DNA from: Podarcis cretensis
Taxonomy: Eukaryota
Length of the DNA stretch: 64,000 bases
Direction: 5' to 3'
Assembly: GCA_951804945.1 (NCBI GenBank)
Contig: OX638149.1
Span: forward strand, 37,138,001-37,202,000
In this document: positions 38,434-52,100 of the stretch, piece by piece
Numbering within the stretch: the first letter of the stretch is position 1
Layout: each line of letters opens with the position of its first letter
Notes under the pieces: generated by a model
The model's database searches: none
What the model was told of the DNA's origin: nothing
Seen by the model: the letters and a program-made list of their open reading frames with translations, nothing else
Made by a program: the position numbers and the translations under genes

Positions 38434-41400
38434 GAACAGGCAATTTCAGCGGGCCATACATTGAGGCTCCCTGGCCACTGCCAGCATAGCGCAGGCAGGC
38501 AGACAGATGGGAGTGAAATGTGCTGTGCTGGCAGTGGCCAGGGAGCTGCGATGCATGGCAGCCTCAAAAAGTCTGAAACCGGTATCACAATCTGAACTTC
38601 ATACCAGTTTCAGACAAAGAATTGAAATGTCACCCAGCTCTAGCACAGGATCAGGATATTGGATATGTAAATCCTATTTCTCTGCCCCTCAGCAAATGTT
38701 ACAAGATGTAATCTGCAGTGGTATGATTTCAATAATCAGACTTCCTAATCTTCCCAGCCTATAATTTGGCACCCATGTTATCTTATATCATTGGGCTACA
38801 CTAGTGTGTCACAGTGTTGTGCTTCTACTAAGGGACATACTCTGTAGAGTCAGTCAAGTATCCTTAAAACTGAATAAGAAAGAAAACTGATTAAATGACA
38901 AGTCTTTTGCAAGCACTTAAGAATGCTTCAGTAATATGCTTACCTAACAGCTGAAGTTAGCTTAGCTGTGTTATCAGAAAGCATACTTATTGCTCCTTCA
39001 TCTTCACCTTCTAGTCCCTGGGAAGAAAAATAATTTCAAAAAAACAACCACCATATATACTTGAAGAACAAAAATATGGTGAAAATCCAGTTGAGAAATC
39101 AAACTTTATAACAGAAGAACCGCAATTCAATTTTACACAGGTTTTGAAGAAAGATAAATCTAGGTCTACTGGTTTATATATTTGTTTCATAGAATTTATA
39201 TATCACTTAACTAGAAAAAGAATTTCAAAGCAGTTCACAAAAAGGATTGAAAATACTGAAACATTTTCAAGTCTCTTCTGTGAATAATGGCCCATGGCTC
39301 CCTAAAATATGATTACCAACACAATGGGTGAATGCAGACTTCCAACAAGCCCTCTGCCAGACCTTAAAATTACCTCTAAATATAGAGATATTGTTCACTG
39401 CTTTCCTAGTGTTGTTGGCAGCTGTCTGCATCAAAAGATACAGTGTGCCTCCAGGGATGAAGTCAAACCACAGGAGAATACCAGCACCTGCTGGGGGCTG
39501 CAGAGACCAGTAACTTGTAACTGCTGCCTCCTGTCTTCTCCAGCACCGAAGGGATTTCTTTGGGGTACAAGCCTGGACAGTGTGTATGGAGGTCCTGGGC
39601 TGCCCAGATGAGACAACCCCCCCCCTCTCAGCCCCGCTGATGTGGTCCAAAGGAAAGCAGAGCAATACATTTGGCACAAGCTTAGTTGCAGGAGTTGTCT
39701 TCCATGCGACTCTTAAAAGTGCAGCCTTGTTAGAGGTTTAAACTCCAGTCCCAATAGGGTTGTGCTGCCCTGCCTCGCAAGCCCTCCAAACTCCCCCTTC
39801 CTGTGCATTTACTTCCTGGAAACACCCAGTTCATTTCTTGAATGCCAACATTTTAAAGCACTGTATAAATTCCAAGAATAATATTATAAGTTAGATATAA
39901 GCAAATCTTACCATTATACTTTTAAGCCTCTTGACTTCATCTTCCTGAGCTCTGTAAGTTTCTAGCTCTTGCTGAACCGACTCAGCTACCTCTGGGAAAG
40001 GGCTAAAGAGATTATGTAGGCACTGTTTAAATCTACACTTTAAATTAACACAGTTTGTAAAAAAAAAAATGGCTTCCATAGTCCTTTATTCACTTATTTA
40101 AAATGTTTCAGCCCACCAACCCTTCATCGCAAACACACCCGGGGCTGCACACAGTAACTCAGTACCCCTCTCTTTTCTCCTTGTTAAAACTGTTTGTTTT
40201 TTTAAATGAGCCCTCACTGTCTCTCCATCCCTGCTTTACTCAAACCTCTGTTTTTGTTCAAAACCACAATTTTCTTCTCAGTATCCCTTTGCCCTTCTTA
40301 AGTTCTGCCATTGTTTGAGGAGTCCAGAAAGAAGGGACACTGAAAATTGGCTGTTTTAAACCTCTTCTTCTTCTATTCCTCAGCTGCTTCATGTGAGAGA
40401 GATAAACAATGTGAAGCCTTCAAATATTTCATAGTAACTTCCCACAATTATGTATTTCACTTCTCGTACCCTGTGTTGTCTTCGACATGATGTTTTAGAT
40501 TCAATGTAGTAATTTAGAAGAGGTATTTTATTAACAAGCAAACACCAATCTATGTGTAACACCCATCAAGTGACCTTAGTCTTCTGTAACTGAATAAGCT
40601 AACTGACAGATTCGCTGTTAAGATTTTATTCATCTTAAATATAGAGTAACATATATCATCATGGTGTGCATGTGTAAGGAAGGCTGCAAAACTGGAGAGA
40701 GGAGAAGGCATGAAAATGGGAGTGGTCTGTGTGCAAGGGAGAGGAGGGTGGAGGTGCAAAGGGGGTTAAAAAGGAGGGAATAAGAGGAATGGGAGTGGGG
40801 TTGAAGATGAAAGCAGGGGCATGAAAGGGTCTGTAGAATAGAAGGGGGTGGCTTCATAGACAGGCAGAAGGTGAAAAGGCTGCTTAGTAGCTGCAGTGTG
40901 TGGGATGAGAAAGATAGAGGAGGTTTCTATGGGGGTGATTTTTATTCAAGGAGAGTTGCACAAAAGGAAGTTGGGGTGAAGGTGAAAATGAGTGTAAAGC
41001 AAGCCTGAAGAAGAGAGCTGTGGCTTTGGAAATGGGGTTAGGAAGGTGAACAGTGACCTCCGTAGTGGCATGAGGTGGGAAGGGGTTTGATGTGGTGGGG
41101 AATGGCAGAGAGGTTGGTAAGTGGAGTGAGCAGGGGCAAAGCCCCTCGTTAGTAATATACCTTGAAGCAGAAGTAGTTAATTTAAAATATCCATCTTACC
41201 TTCCTTTATGCTTCTGCCAAAATTTATCAGCTGCAGTTAAATCATATGACTTTTTATTTTTTTTCTTTGGTCTAGCACCTGCTGGGGAATTTTCCATTCC
41301 TGAAGACTCTTCCAAAACAACTCTGTTCAAATGAAAATCCTTTAAAGAAAATTATATGGATTAAACATTTTTGCCTGTTGCCCCACAATGGAAAGCAGAA

Positions 41401-44400
41401 TATTCCTAATTCAAAATGGTATTATAAAAAGGGCAACTGTTGAATGTGATTCTGAATATGCAGAGCAAATGAAATGTCATATTATTTCTATTAAATATGA
41501 CATTTTAAACGCTGCCTCAAATTGTGCTAGTTTACTTGTAGTCTACTCTTTGTACAAAAGCTTAAGAATAGATATTATTATTGGCTTTTTCCATTGGGCA
41601 ACTGTTGCAACTTCTTAATATTACAAAACATTATTTGGCTATGTTTCTGCGAAACATTCAGAAGCTTTTTAATTTGCCTCCTTCCTCTTTTGTTCTGAGA
41701 ATGCCCAGGCAATCCAAGACAACCTGGGAAATGGGAGGGATGGGGATGGAAGAAAATATACATTGAAAGTGAGAGAAAATAAGGTTCTCCTTTTTCCTTG
41801 CTGTGGATTACCCTCTCATCCTCTGAACTGGAGTCTCAATTGTAGGAAGAACAGCTTGGAGATGGGACAGAGAAAAGAGAGACAAAGGGAGTTCTTTAAT
41901 TTTGCCCATATCTATCTCCTCCCATTCCTGGAACCATTTCAGGCGACACAAATGAAAGGCACCTCTGGATTATTATTATTAAATGCATTTACACCCCACA
42001 TTTCCTCACACAGTTGGTGTTTGGGAATTAAAAATGGCATCTCCCTAGAAGCTGCAGCTACCAGTGCAACTCTCTGTATTTGTTTCTTACTTTTAAAAAT
42101 AATGGCTAAAGGTTAGTAACTGTCCTTACTGTTCTTTTTCTCTTCCTAGCAAAAAGTCAAAATGGAAGAGTCACACATTATATTAAACACTACACACAAC
42201 TATAATAAGCATTTCACTCTGGCATATAATTGTGTTCAAATAATAGCATAGAATTGTAGAGCTGGAAGGAACACCAAGGGTCATCTAGTTTAACCCCATG
42301 CAATGCAGAAATCACAACTAAAGCATCTATGGCCATCCAACCTTTGCTTAAAAACCTCCAAGGAAGGAGAGTCCACAACCTCCTGAGGGAGACCGTTCCA
42401 CTTTCAAACAGCTCTTACTGTCAGAAAGTTTTATCAGTTGTTTAGTCAAAATGGCTCCTAACTTGAAGCCATTGGTTTGAGTCTTACACTCCAGAGCAGG
42501 AGAAAACATGCCACTACAGAGAAGGTCCATTCTCATGTTGCCATAGCTTCAGGTATTGTGGTCCTGAGCCATTGAACTCGTTGGGCCTGGAAACTAATTG
42601 GCAGCCAAACCAGGGTTGGCATTATATGCTCAAACAGTCTTGCCCCGGTGAGCAACCCAGCCACCGAATTTGGCTCTTCAATGGCTTTAATCCAACAGCA
42701 AATGGGAGGATACTGCAATTTTCCAAGCATTTTCTCCTTATACTGACTGGCATTATTATATTTCAGCTCCATTTATATCTATTTTCCCAACCAAAAATAC
42801 GGTAAAACTTGTGCATCTGTGTAGGAAGAACAGACTCCATGCTTCAGGTGGTAGGAATGAAATGGGGGAGATGAGGATGTCCCATGGACTACTCAGTTCA
42901 TAAGAATGGAAAGAGGATCTAATAGACCGATACTGCCATGGGAGGGGTGGGGAGAAAAAGAGAGAAAAGAGTTGGGTAGGAGAGTGCCAAGCCTACTCTT
43001 TGCTTTGCTTGACTCCTCTAGTAAAGAACTGAAAGATATTAATGTGAATTATGGGGAAATGTCTACCCCACTCAGGAGAAGAAAAATATTTTCTGTACTT
43101 TCACAGAACACAACTTTCTAACTTCCAATGAAAAGAGTAATGCAATTCTCCACAGATCAACCTGTTTATAAGCATCAATGGTACAGTTATTACCTAAACA
43201 GATGAATTGCTATAAATATGTGGCTGGAATGGCATTTGGTTCAGCATGCCACAATCTCCCTTGAGTACATCAGCCGAGAGAAAAATGAACATTGATTTAA
43301 ATGAAAAAGAAAAAACTTATGTAACTTTTTCCCATAACAAAAATAAAAATTCTATAAAAGGGATAAAATGCCCCTAAATAAATTATACTAGCTTTATGAA
43401 GTATTAATTCTGAAATTCAACTTGTATGTCAGAAATGTTAGAAAAACATCTATTAACTCTATTTAAAATGTTTCCCAGAAATATGCTTTTAAGAAGTTAT
43501 TATTTGAATTTCAAAGGTAACTGTATCCTAAAAACAATTTCATATTTCAGAACCCCCACCTGCTTTAAGACATAATATACATTTTCTTGAAATAGTTTAT
43601 TTTTATTAAGATATCAGTATGATCAGTATTCTCCATAGGCAAGACTATGAGTGTCTGTGCAGATGGAGCGTTGTAATAACATGCTGTTGAATTCCACCTG
43701 TATTTTATTGTATTACAATTTGAATTCCATACAAATCAAAATATTATAAATTAAAAGTAGCAGCAAATATACAATTAAAAATCAATATGAATGTTTAATG
43801 TGATGCATATGCTGTCTTCAATCACAAATCCACAAACTAACCATGGACCACCACTTGTGGTCCTCGGACCACAGTTTGGGAATCTCTGGTTTGGGTTCAT
43901 AAACAAAAATGAAGGATTTTTCAAAAAGAAAGTTAATATGCCCAGATCGGTAGCAAGGGGAGTTGTCAAGTCTTAAAAGACTGATAAATTTATTATGGCA
44001 TAATTTATGTAAGTGGACTCTAGTCTCATTCAGATGCATAAAGTTACATGTAGATGGAGAGGCCTGAAATAGTCTAACAGGGCTATATCATCTGGAAATT
44101 TTAAAAGCAGCTCTGGTTAACAGCTATCCATAATTCTTTAGGTTTTCTTTTCCTAGTTAAAAAACAGCAACTTGTAATCGCAAGACTGTCTTGTTATTCT
44201 TTGAGTTTCTTAATATGGAACATCTACACCATCTTGTGGTGATGATTAATATTTTAATGTTTAATGTTGATAGTTGTGTTATGAACTGAATAGGAATTAT
44301 AAAACAGTACTAAATATTATTCTGATGATATGTGCAAACTTCTTGAAATATTCAAACAGTAAACTAAAAGCTTTTGTTACAACAGGTAAAAATGATCCTA

Positions 44401-46139
44401 AGTATATTTAATGGCTATATTTCATTTAAATTTCTATACCTCCCATCCTCTAAGGATCACAGGGCTGTTTACAATATAAAAACTCAAAAATACATAACAT
44501 AGGGGGGAAAAAAGTTTAAAATGCCATAGATTGTTTAATTAGCCAAAGGCCTGGAAAATGAGGAATGGTTCCTATAGATATGTAACGAAGGCACTAGGCG
44601 AGCCTTCTAGGAGAGCATTCCACAAATTGGAAGCCACCACTGAAAAGGCCAATTCTTGTGCTACCTCCCTCCAGACCTCTTGCAGACGAGGCACACTAAG
44701 AAAGACCTAAGATGATGATTGTAGGTTGGGGGTAGGTTCATATGGGGAAAGGAATTCTTAAGTTATTGTGGTCCCAAGCCGTTTAAGGCTTTATAGTCAA
44801 AACCAGCACTTTGAGTTAGGCCCGGAAAACTAATTGGCAGCCAATGGAGTCAGGCCAGGATTGGTGTTTTATGCTCAAACTGTCTTGCCCTGGCCGCTGA
44901 ATTCTGCACCAGCTGAAGTTTCCGAACCATCTTCAGAAGTAGCCCCACATATACGTTGCAATAATCTAACCTAGAGGTTACCAGAGCATAGACAACAGAA
45001 GTTAAGCTATCTCTGTCCAAACAGGGGTACAGCTATGCTACCAGCCAAAGCTGTTGGAAGGCACTTTGGACCACCTAGGCCACCTGAGCCTCAAGCAACA
45101 GCAATGGATTAAGAAGTATCCACAAGGCACATTCCCTCTTCTTCAGAGGTATTGTAACTTCATCAAATACAGGCCACCTTCCCATCTGGTCTAAAGGAAC
45201 CACCCATTAAGAGTGCCTCAGTCTTATCCAGACTGAGCTTCAGTTTACTAGCTCTCATCCAGTTTATTAGCTCTCATCTCATCTTGCTGTTATTACTGCA
45301 TCCACTATGCATATCACTCAACTTCAGTGGTCTACAAATATGGCAACCAACCCACGTAAATCCACCTCACCAGAAAGCAAGTACAAAAGCAATGTACTTG
45401 TAGAGCAGCAAGTGACTACTGACTACTAGATATAATGAATGGTTATGAAGTCCAGTCAAAATTTGAGGAATTTGACAGCACAACAGTCATTATGTGAAAG
45501 TTAGGTAGTAACCAAATTTGTACTACAGCAGACCACAGCCTCAAATTACATTCATAAACAGTTATAATGGGAGGGAAATTATGGTTCAAACTAACAGCTG
45601 CTTTGCACATGTAAGGATTTCTGTTTTCCTTTATGTAGAGAGAAATGGATTTTTAGGCAGTTTTAGCAGCCATGTTCTTAAGGCATGGATGGGGAATCTA
45701 TGGCTCTATGGATGTTGTTACTCAAACTCCCATCAGTACTAGCTAGCATAACTGATGGTCAGGGATGATGGGAGTTGTCATCCAATGCAATCTGGAGAGA
45801 AACAATTTCCCCATTCCTGTCTTAAGGCAAGCACTGAACCAAAGTTTTACATTATTAAGCTGGTAATAATAATAAACGAAGAATATATAGTCACAAAAAA
45901 CAAGTTTCTTACCAGTACATCGTGCACTAAGGCTTGGTAGGTCCAAGTATGGTGTAGAGGAGTTGCCAAATCGATGTTTCTGTCAACAAGTACCAAGAGA
46001 GGTCTCTGGAAACTAAATAAAAACATTAAGTTAATAACCTGAAACAAACCATCACATATTTGGAATATTTCCGTGGCCAAATTCATAGCCAAACTCTGCA
46101 GAATAGTTACGAAATATGAAGCATTTTGCCATCTGATGC

Positions 46140-46187
<48 letters not shown>

Positions 46188-49100
46188 TATTTATACCCTG
46201 CCCATCTGGCCGGGTTCCCCCATTTTAAAATCATTCCATCATTTTAAAATCATGTAGAATGTTTTTCTCTCCTTAGGATTTTAAATCCCAATATTGCTAA
46301 ATCTTCAAGCTAATCAGATGAAAAGCAATGACATGCTGCAAGTCTGCAAAGCACGAATACATATAGGGCTTTAAAAAAGGCTGCTGAAAAATACAAGTAG
46401 ATGCTGATACCTGAATTGTCCAGCCCCAAGTGTGTCACCTGTGAAAAGGCTGTTTCTGGCATCTCTGAGGTTCTCCCGGAGTTTCTTATCTAGTTTCTGA
46501 AAAAGATTTATCAGAGCTTTCATATATCCATAAAGATAGCTAAATATAACAGAATGAACCTGTCGATTTCCCCGCAGCCTGTATGAGGACGAAGATGAAA
46601 ATAATGAGAAAATGGTCCATGATGAAATAATGGTAGAGAGATAACCACCTTGAGATGACCTTCTGGAATTGAAAAGGTGGAGTATAAATATCTCAATAAT
46701 CAAGGAAAGCTGAAAGATCCAAAACTTGAGAATGGAGCATTTTAAACTTACGGTGAATGCTCCTTTTGGGAATGTGAGGGAGACAATGGGCTCAGTAAAC
46801 ACTAACTAAAGATCCACTACCCAGACATAGACAGGGGTGAGGTAATGAAAGTAAAAGCTTAGCAGCCAGCCCTCACATCCTGCCTCCAGTTCCTGCCCTG
46901 TTGCCAAATTGTTGCAGACCTTATGGAAGTGAAAACTGGCAGACAAAACTAAGAGGAAATTCAAGAAGAATCGTAATCAGGAGAAGAAGAAAAAACTATG
47001 AAAAGGCATGACACAAAGAGGATGTCTGACAGGTTGAAACGTTGGAGAAATTGCCGATATAAAAAGGAGCCAACTGAAAAGGCAAGGTCAAATAGAAAAC
47101 TGGATGCCACTCAACCACAAGGATTGGTCAGAAGGTCTCATGTGTCCCCCCAAAAGCAGCATCCACATTATTCAGTGGTTTGTGCTCTATGAGAGCCCTT
47201 CAGTAAACAATGGGATGTGCTCAAGCTACTCATCATAAACCAGGTAACTGTGCTATAAATCTCCAAGACAGAACCATTAGCAGAGTGAGCAGCAAATGCT
47301 GCTGAAGTCCTGGTGGAATGAGCTGAGCTGTGATGTTTAAAGGTGAGGAATATGTTGGATCTCATAAGCCACTACAATAGATATTGAAAGCTTTGCTAAG
47401 GTGGAGCAAGACAAACAGGATGTGACAAATGCATGTGTCACTATGGTAAAATCAGACATCAGATTTCCTGTACTGTTTCTTTTGCACAGCTAATCTTATT
47501 TCTTCTTGTTTTCCCCCCAGAAGGCATCTTGAATGCCCAGGCTGAGATAAACTAATCTATTCCAAGCAAGGCAGGGAAAGGAACTGGAGCCAATATGAGG
47601 GGTGGCTGCTAAGCTCTTCCATTTTATTATTCCTGCCTGTCTTTGGATGGGACTGAACCCAATGTTTACTGAAGGGCTCCTGCATGCTCATAGAGAAATG
47701 TCATTTTCCTATGAGCCATCAAAATTTTGTGATATTGGTTACATTAGATGACCCACTTAGCTAACACTTCTTAGCTAACACCACTTAGCTAACATCACTT
47801 ATTGTGATGACTATGTGAACGGCATAGTCACCTATGGTGTCACTGATGACAGACATCAATCCCCTCCACTGAAGACTACCCTTTTATTGCAAAGCAATGC
47901 TACACCATTCTGCAATCTTTTCTTTTTCATGTGTTACTGTGTTTGAAGGCTGAGTGTTCATACACTCCCTCCAAAACAATTTAAGTTCATCTGGAGGCAG
48001 TGGAATACAGAAGTGCCTGGTGTGCTCTGGTCCATGGGGTCACGAAGAGTCGGACACGACTAAACGACTAAACAACAACAACATTCTGCCTTTATTCTTT
48101 CATGGAACTCTTGGAAGTGTACACAGGATTCTGATATTATCTCCCATCCAAACACTAAGGCAATCCAAATCTTTTCATAAGAAAGCTTGATGAAATAACA
48201 AAGTCTTAAGTTGGCACCGAAACTCAGTACAGACTGTGCCAGATTGCTTTTTCTATATAAAGAGTGCCAAAGAGTGTTGAGGACAGTCTGACATGCCTGA
48301 GTGGCATATTGCAAAGATTAGACCGGGTATAAGGAATAAGGTGATCTTTTAAGTACACTACCCCTAGTTCATGTACAAATACACTGTGTTCTCAGTTCAT
48401 GCCCTTGAGAGGCACCAGATTACATATGGGCCATTTTTTAAAAGGGGACAAACAGGCCTTTCCACTTTACATCACAGCTATCTCCTCCCCTCCCAAGCAT
48501 TACTGTTCTAAAAATATTCCACTATTGTTGCAAGCTAGCATAAGCTCAGTACTAACCCCACAAACTTATGCACACTTAACTGGAAGCAAGTCCCGCTGAA
48601 CTGAATAGGCCTTGTGTCTAAGTACACATGAATAGGGTTATGCTGGACCAATAAAGAAGCTCTATCTTACAAAGCACTCAATGCAATTTAGAGTTCTTCC
48701 CATATCCTCAACCTCGTCTAAAGAGACAACACTTTCATATACCACTAGCTTTCCTTCCTAGACTACAGGAGTGCATGTCAGGATGTAATCAAAGACACAT
48801 AAGACACATGCACCTAGAATCAAGGGGGCACTGCATACCTAGGCCAGTTAAGAGGCAGCTAGCCAAGAACAACATACAATCCAAGACACGGAAAAGGTGG
48901 TGGAAGACTCAATGATAGAGAAACCACCACATCAACCTAACCTCTGCTTGCTTACCATTAGCAGGAGCTGGTTGAGCAGATTTTCCTGATATGGCCTTTT
49001 AAAACTATTCCCTCCCACTGGAACCAATGGGAGGGAAAATAATTATGCTCAGAGTTTGCATACTTCTTAAACTGGGCACCGAGTGCACAAGCCTAAGGCT

Positions 49101-52100
49101 GGTTTATGTGTAGCATTAAACCATAGCTTGATGCTATGTCCAAACCCAGAAATTCTACTGCACATGTCTTCCTAAGAATTGCAGTGGATAAAAACATTCT
49201 TAGATTGTGTCTGTTTAGCTTGGTACACACAAGTGGAGTTACCATGACAATGTAAAGTTACACTGACCGTTCTGTCTCCTCTGTGATATAGCTCGGTAAA
49301 TTGTCTGTCTGCTGTTCGGCTTTCAGTTAAACAGTGATTCTCCCTTCATAATGCCTGTCATACATATTTCAAAAAATTATTCAGTTGGAATATTTCACAA
49401 CTCACCACTGCCACCATTTCTGCTGCTGTTCCTCTTGAACATCGGATTATTGGAATAGCTCCTATTAAAAAATTATTTTGGGGGGAAATGCTGTTATAAA
49501 GTCTACCACGTTTCTTTTAGGATAAATGGCTTTTATATTGCCTGTTACCAAGTTAGTTTTATTAAATAAATATGGGTTAATAATATTTAAACAAAGCTTA
49601 TGAAAACTTTTAAAAGTGCTCAGAAATTCCCTTATTCAGAGGGAATTTTTACTTTATATCTTTATATCTACGTTATATCTTCCAGGAGATTTAAGTAATT
49701 GAATTGTTTGAAACCACATTCTGAAACATCACAGCTTGAGTGACAGATTATCACTGTCATAACAGGACATGCAAACTTAAATAGGGAAGCTTTTCCTGAA
49801 TAATTCTTAATTTTTAATCTTTAGCCAGATACAGATGAGTAAATTGTAAGCTCTGAGTTCAAACAATTCATATATCAAGAACATCTAATATCTATCAATA
49901 TCTTTAATTCCTACAAATTATTAAATGTTCAAAGAGAATAACATGAAATCATATCATACTGTTGCTGTCCTTGGTCTAGGACTCTATTTCTTTTCTGACA
50001 ACATTTACAGAAAAAGTCCTTATTTTACAAAGTCCAAGCCAGTGCAGAAATGGGGTTGTATCCAATGAACTGTTCCACCAACGCATGGACTTCCACTTCT
50101 CACAAACCCTCTCAAATCTGTTCTCCCAAGTCTCTGTAGCAGATTCAGGGAGGTGTGCAGGGAGAGGAGCAGTGGGACAGGAAGAACCTTTTCTCAATTA
50201 CTTTGCTATACAACACCCATAGGGTTGGATCCACAAAATCCAAGTGGAAGTGGGTGGGCAGAATATGATTTCTCCATAGCAGCTCCCAAAAGCCTCTCCA
50301 GAGGTCTGGAGGATACTGCTGAATGCGGCAGGAAGCTGAGGGCAAAGGGGAGGTCCCTGAAAATGTGAAAATTTCTGCATGAGCAAATTCACTTAACCAT
50401 TGATCTGTACAATTCCTATGCTTTCTTCTCCTCTCTTCCAGCTGAATTCACCCTCACTTCATGTTTCACTACTATTCATGGTGCAAAATAGTATGTGTGC
50501 CAATGTTAATTCCAAGCATGATGAACCAGCTTCAAATTCTTTTTTGAAACTTTGCTTTATAAAAGCATTTGAAGCTGGTTTGCAAACTCTAGGAATAGGT
50601 AACCATGAATAGAGCTCAATTCAGTAGAAACAATTCAGGGCACTGGGCATTTTTGAGGAAGAGGTGGCTCGCTTTATCCTAACCACCTCCTTCGAATTAC
50701 ATACCTTACAGAGGTATGATATTTAAGAAACCAACACACTTACCAAGTGTAACAAAAAAACAGAAAAGGCTGTCTACAATTGTATCCATTACAGTCTCCA
50801 TTTCCGTGTCTGTTATATCTGGTCTGTTGATGGCTGCAATACCAAAAGGGAGAGGAGGAAAAAAAATCAGATTACAGTGGTACCTCGGGTTAAGTACTTA
50901 ATTTGTTCCGGAGGTCTGTTCTTAACCTGAAACTGTTCTTAACCTGAAGCACCACTTTAGCTAATGGGGCCTCCTGCTGCTGCCGCGCTGCTGGAGCCTG
51001 TTTTCTGTTCTTATCCTGAGGCAAAGTTCTTAACCTGAAGCACTATTTCTGGGTTAGCACTGTGTGTAACCTGAAGCGTATGTAACCCGAGGTACCACTG
51101 TACTGTATAAATTAAGCCTATGTGTCATTCACTCTAGATTAAAAGCTGAAAATTCTAGCAGACCAAAACAATGTTAAAATTCCAGGGTGTATCCAATGCT
51201 GTCTGTTGTGTGAGAGGTTATCACCTTAATCTCTTCCCCCTGCAGCCTTGCATGCACCCTCAAAATTTGCCCAAAAAGGGATGAAGGAGAGGAAGCAAAT
51301 TTGGGGGGCACGTAGGGGGCTGCAGGGGTGATGAGAGGAAGAAGCAACCTTGTCGCATGAGCAGCAGTCTGATTGCATGTTGGATTCTACCCTCCATTTA
51401 TGTTTCTTGCCTGATAGTAAAGATATATATCCTGGGTCCATGACACAAAAATAAGTTACTTGGTCTAAACAGCAGAAAGCACTTTATGTGCTTACTTTCA
51501 TAAACTTCAATAATCCATTACAGCTCAATAATAAATGTAGGCAAGTAATCAAGGCGAATAATGGAAAATGAAATCAGTAGCAAAACTCCACACTGTCACC
51601 AGCATTAGAATGTCTGCGTGCACATACAGAATTACATTATACACCATTATGTTCTCTTAAAATGCTAGACATTTAACAAAATAACTGTTTTAGAATAATC
51701 CACCTACCACGATACGAAACAAGCTCCTTGTTTTGATTGCATAATAAAAACATATCATCTTCCAAAGTAATGAAGTTGAGATATTGGTCAAAAACCTATA
51801 CATCAAAACAAAGGGATTGTTAGTAAGAATAACATGTAAATGATTAGTTTATATTAAATCAGTAATATATCAAAACATTATTTTTATTTAAGGAACAACA
51901 AGGGCTTATATGCAATAGCAGTATTATCTTTGCAAAATAGTTCCAACCTGCACAAATTGAAATACCCAATTTTGCCAACTCCCAACTTAAGAACCCCACA
52001 CTTCAAAAAACTTGTTGAATCAGTTTTGAAAGTAACAGGTACTCCAATATGAATGTTTGGAGTAATGTACTTTACCTTTGCTACTTGTGCTACTGCACTG

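Noticed and set aside
47754-47800. Short repeated cttagctaaca units as a CRISPR-like array
   Set aside because: Eukaryotic context, three 11-bp units with 2-3 nt spacers; a simple slippage repeat.
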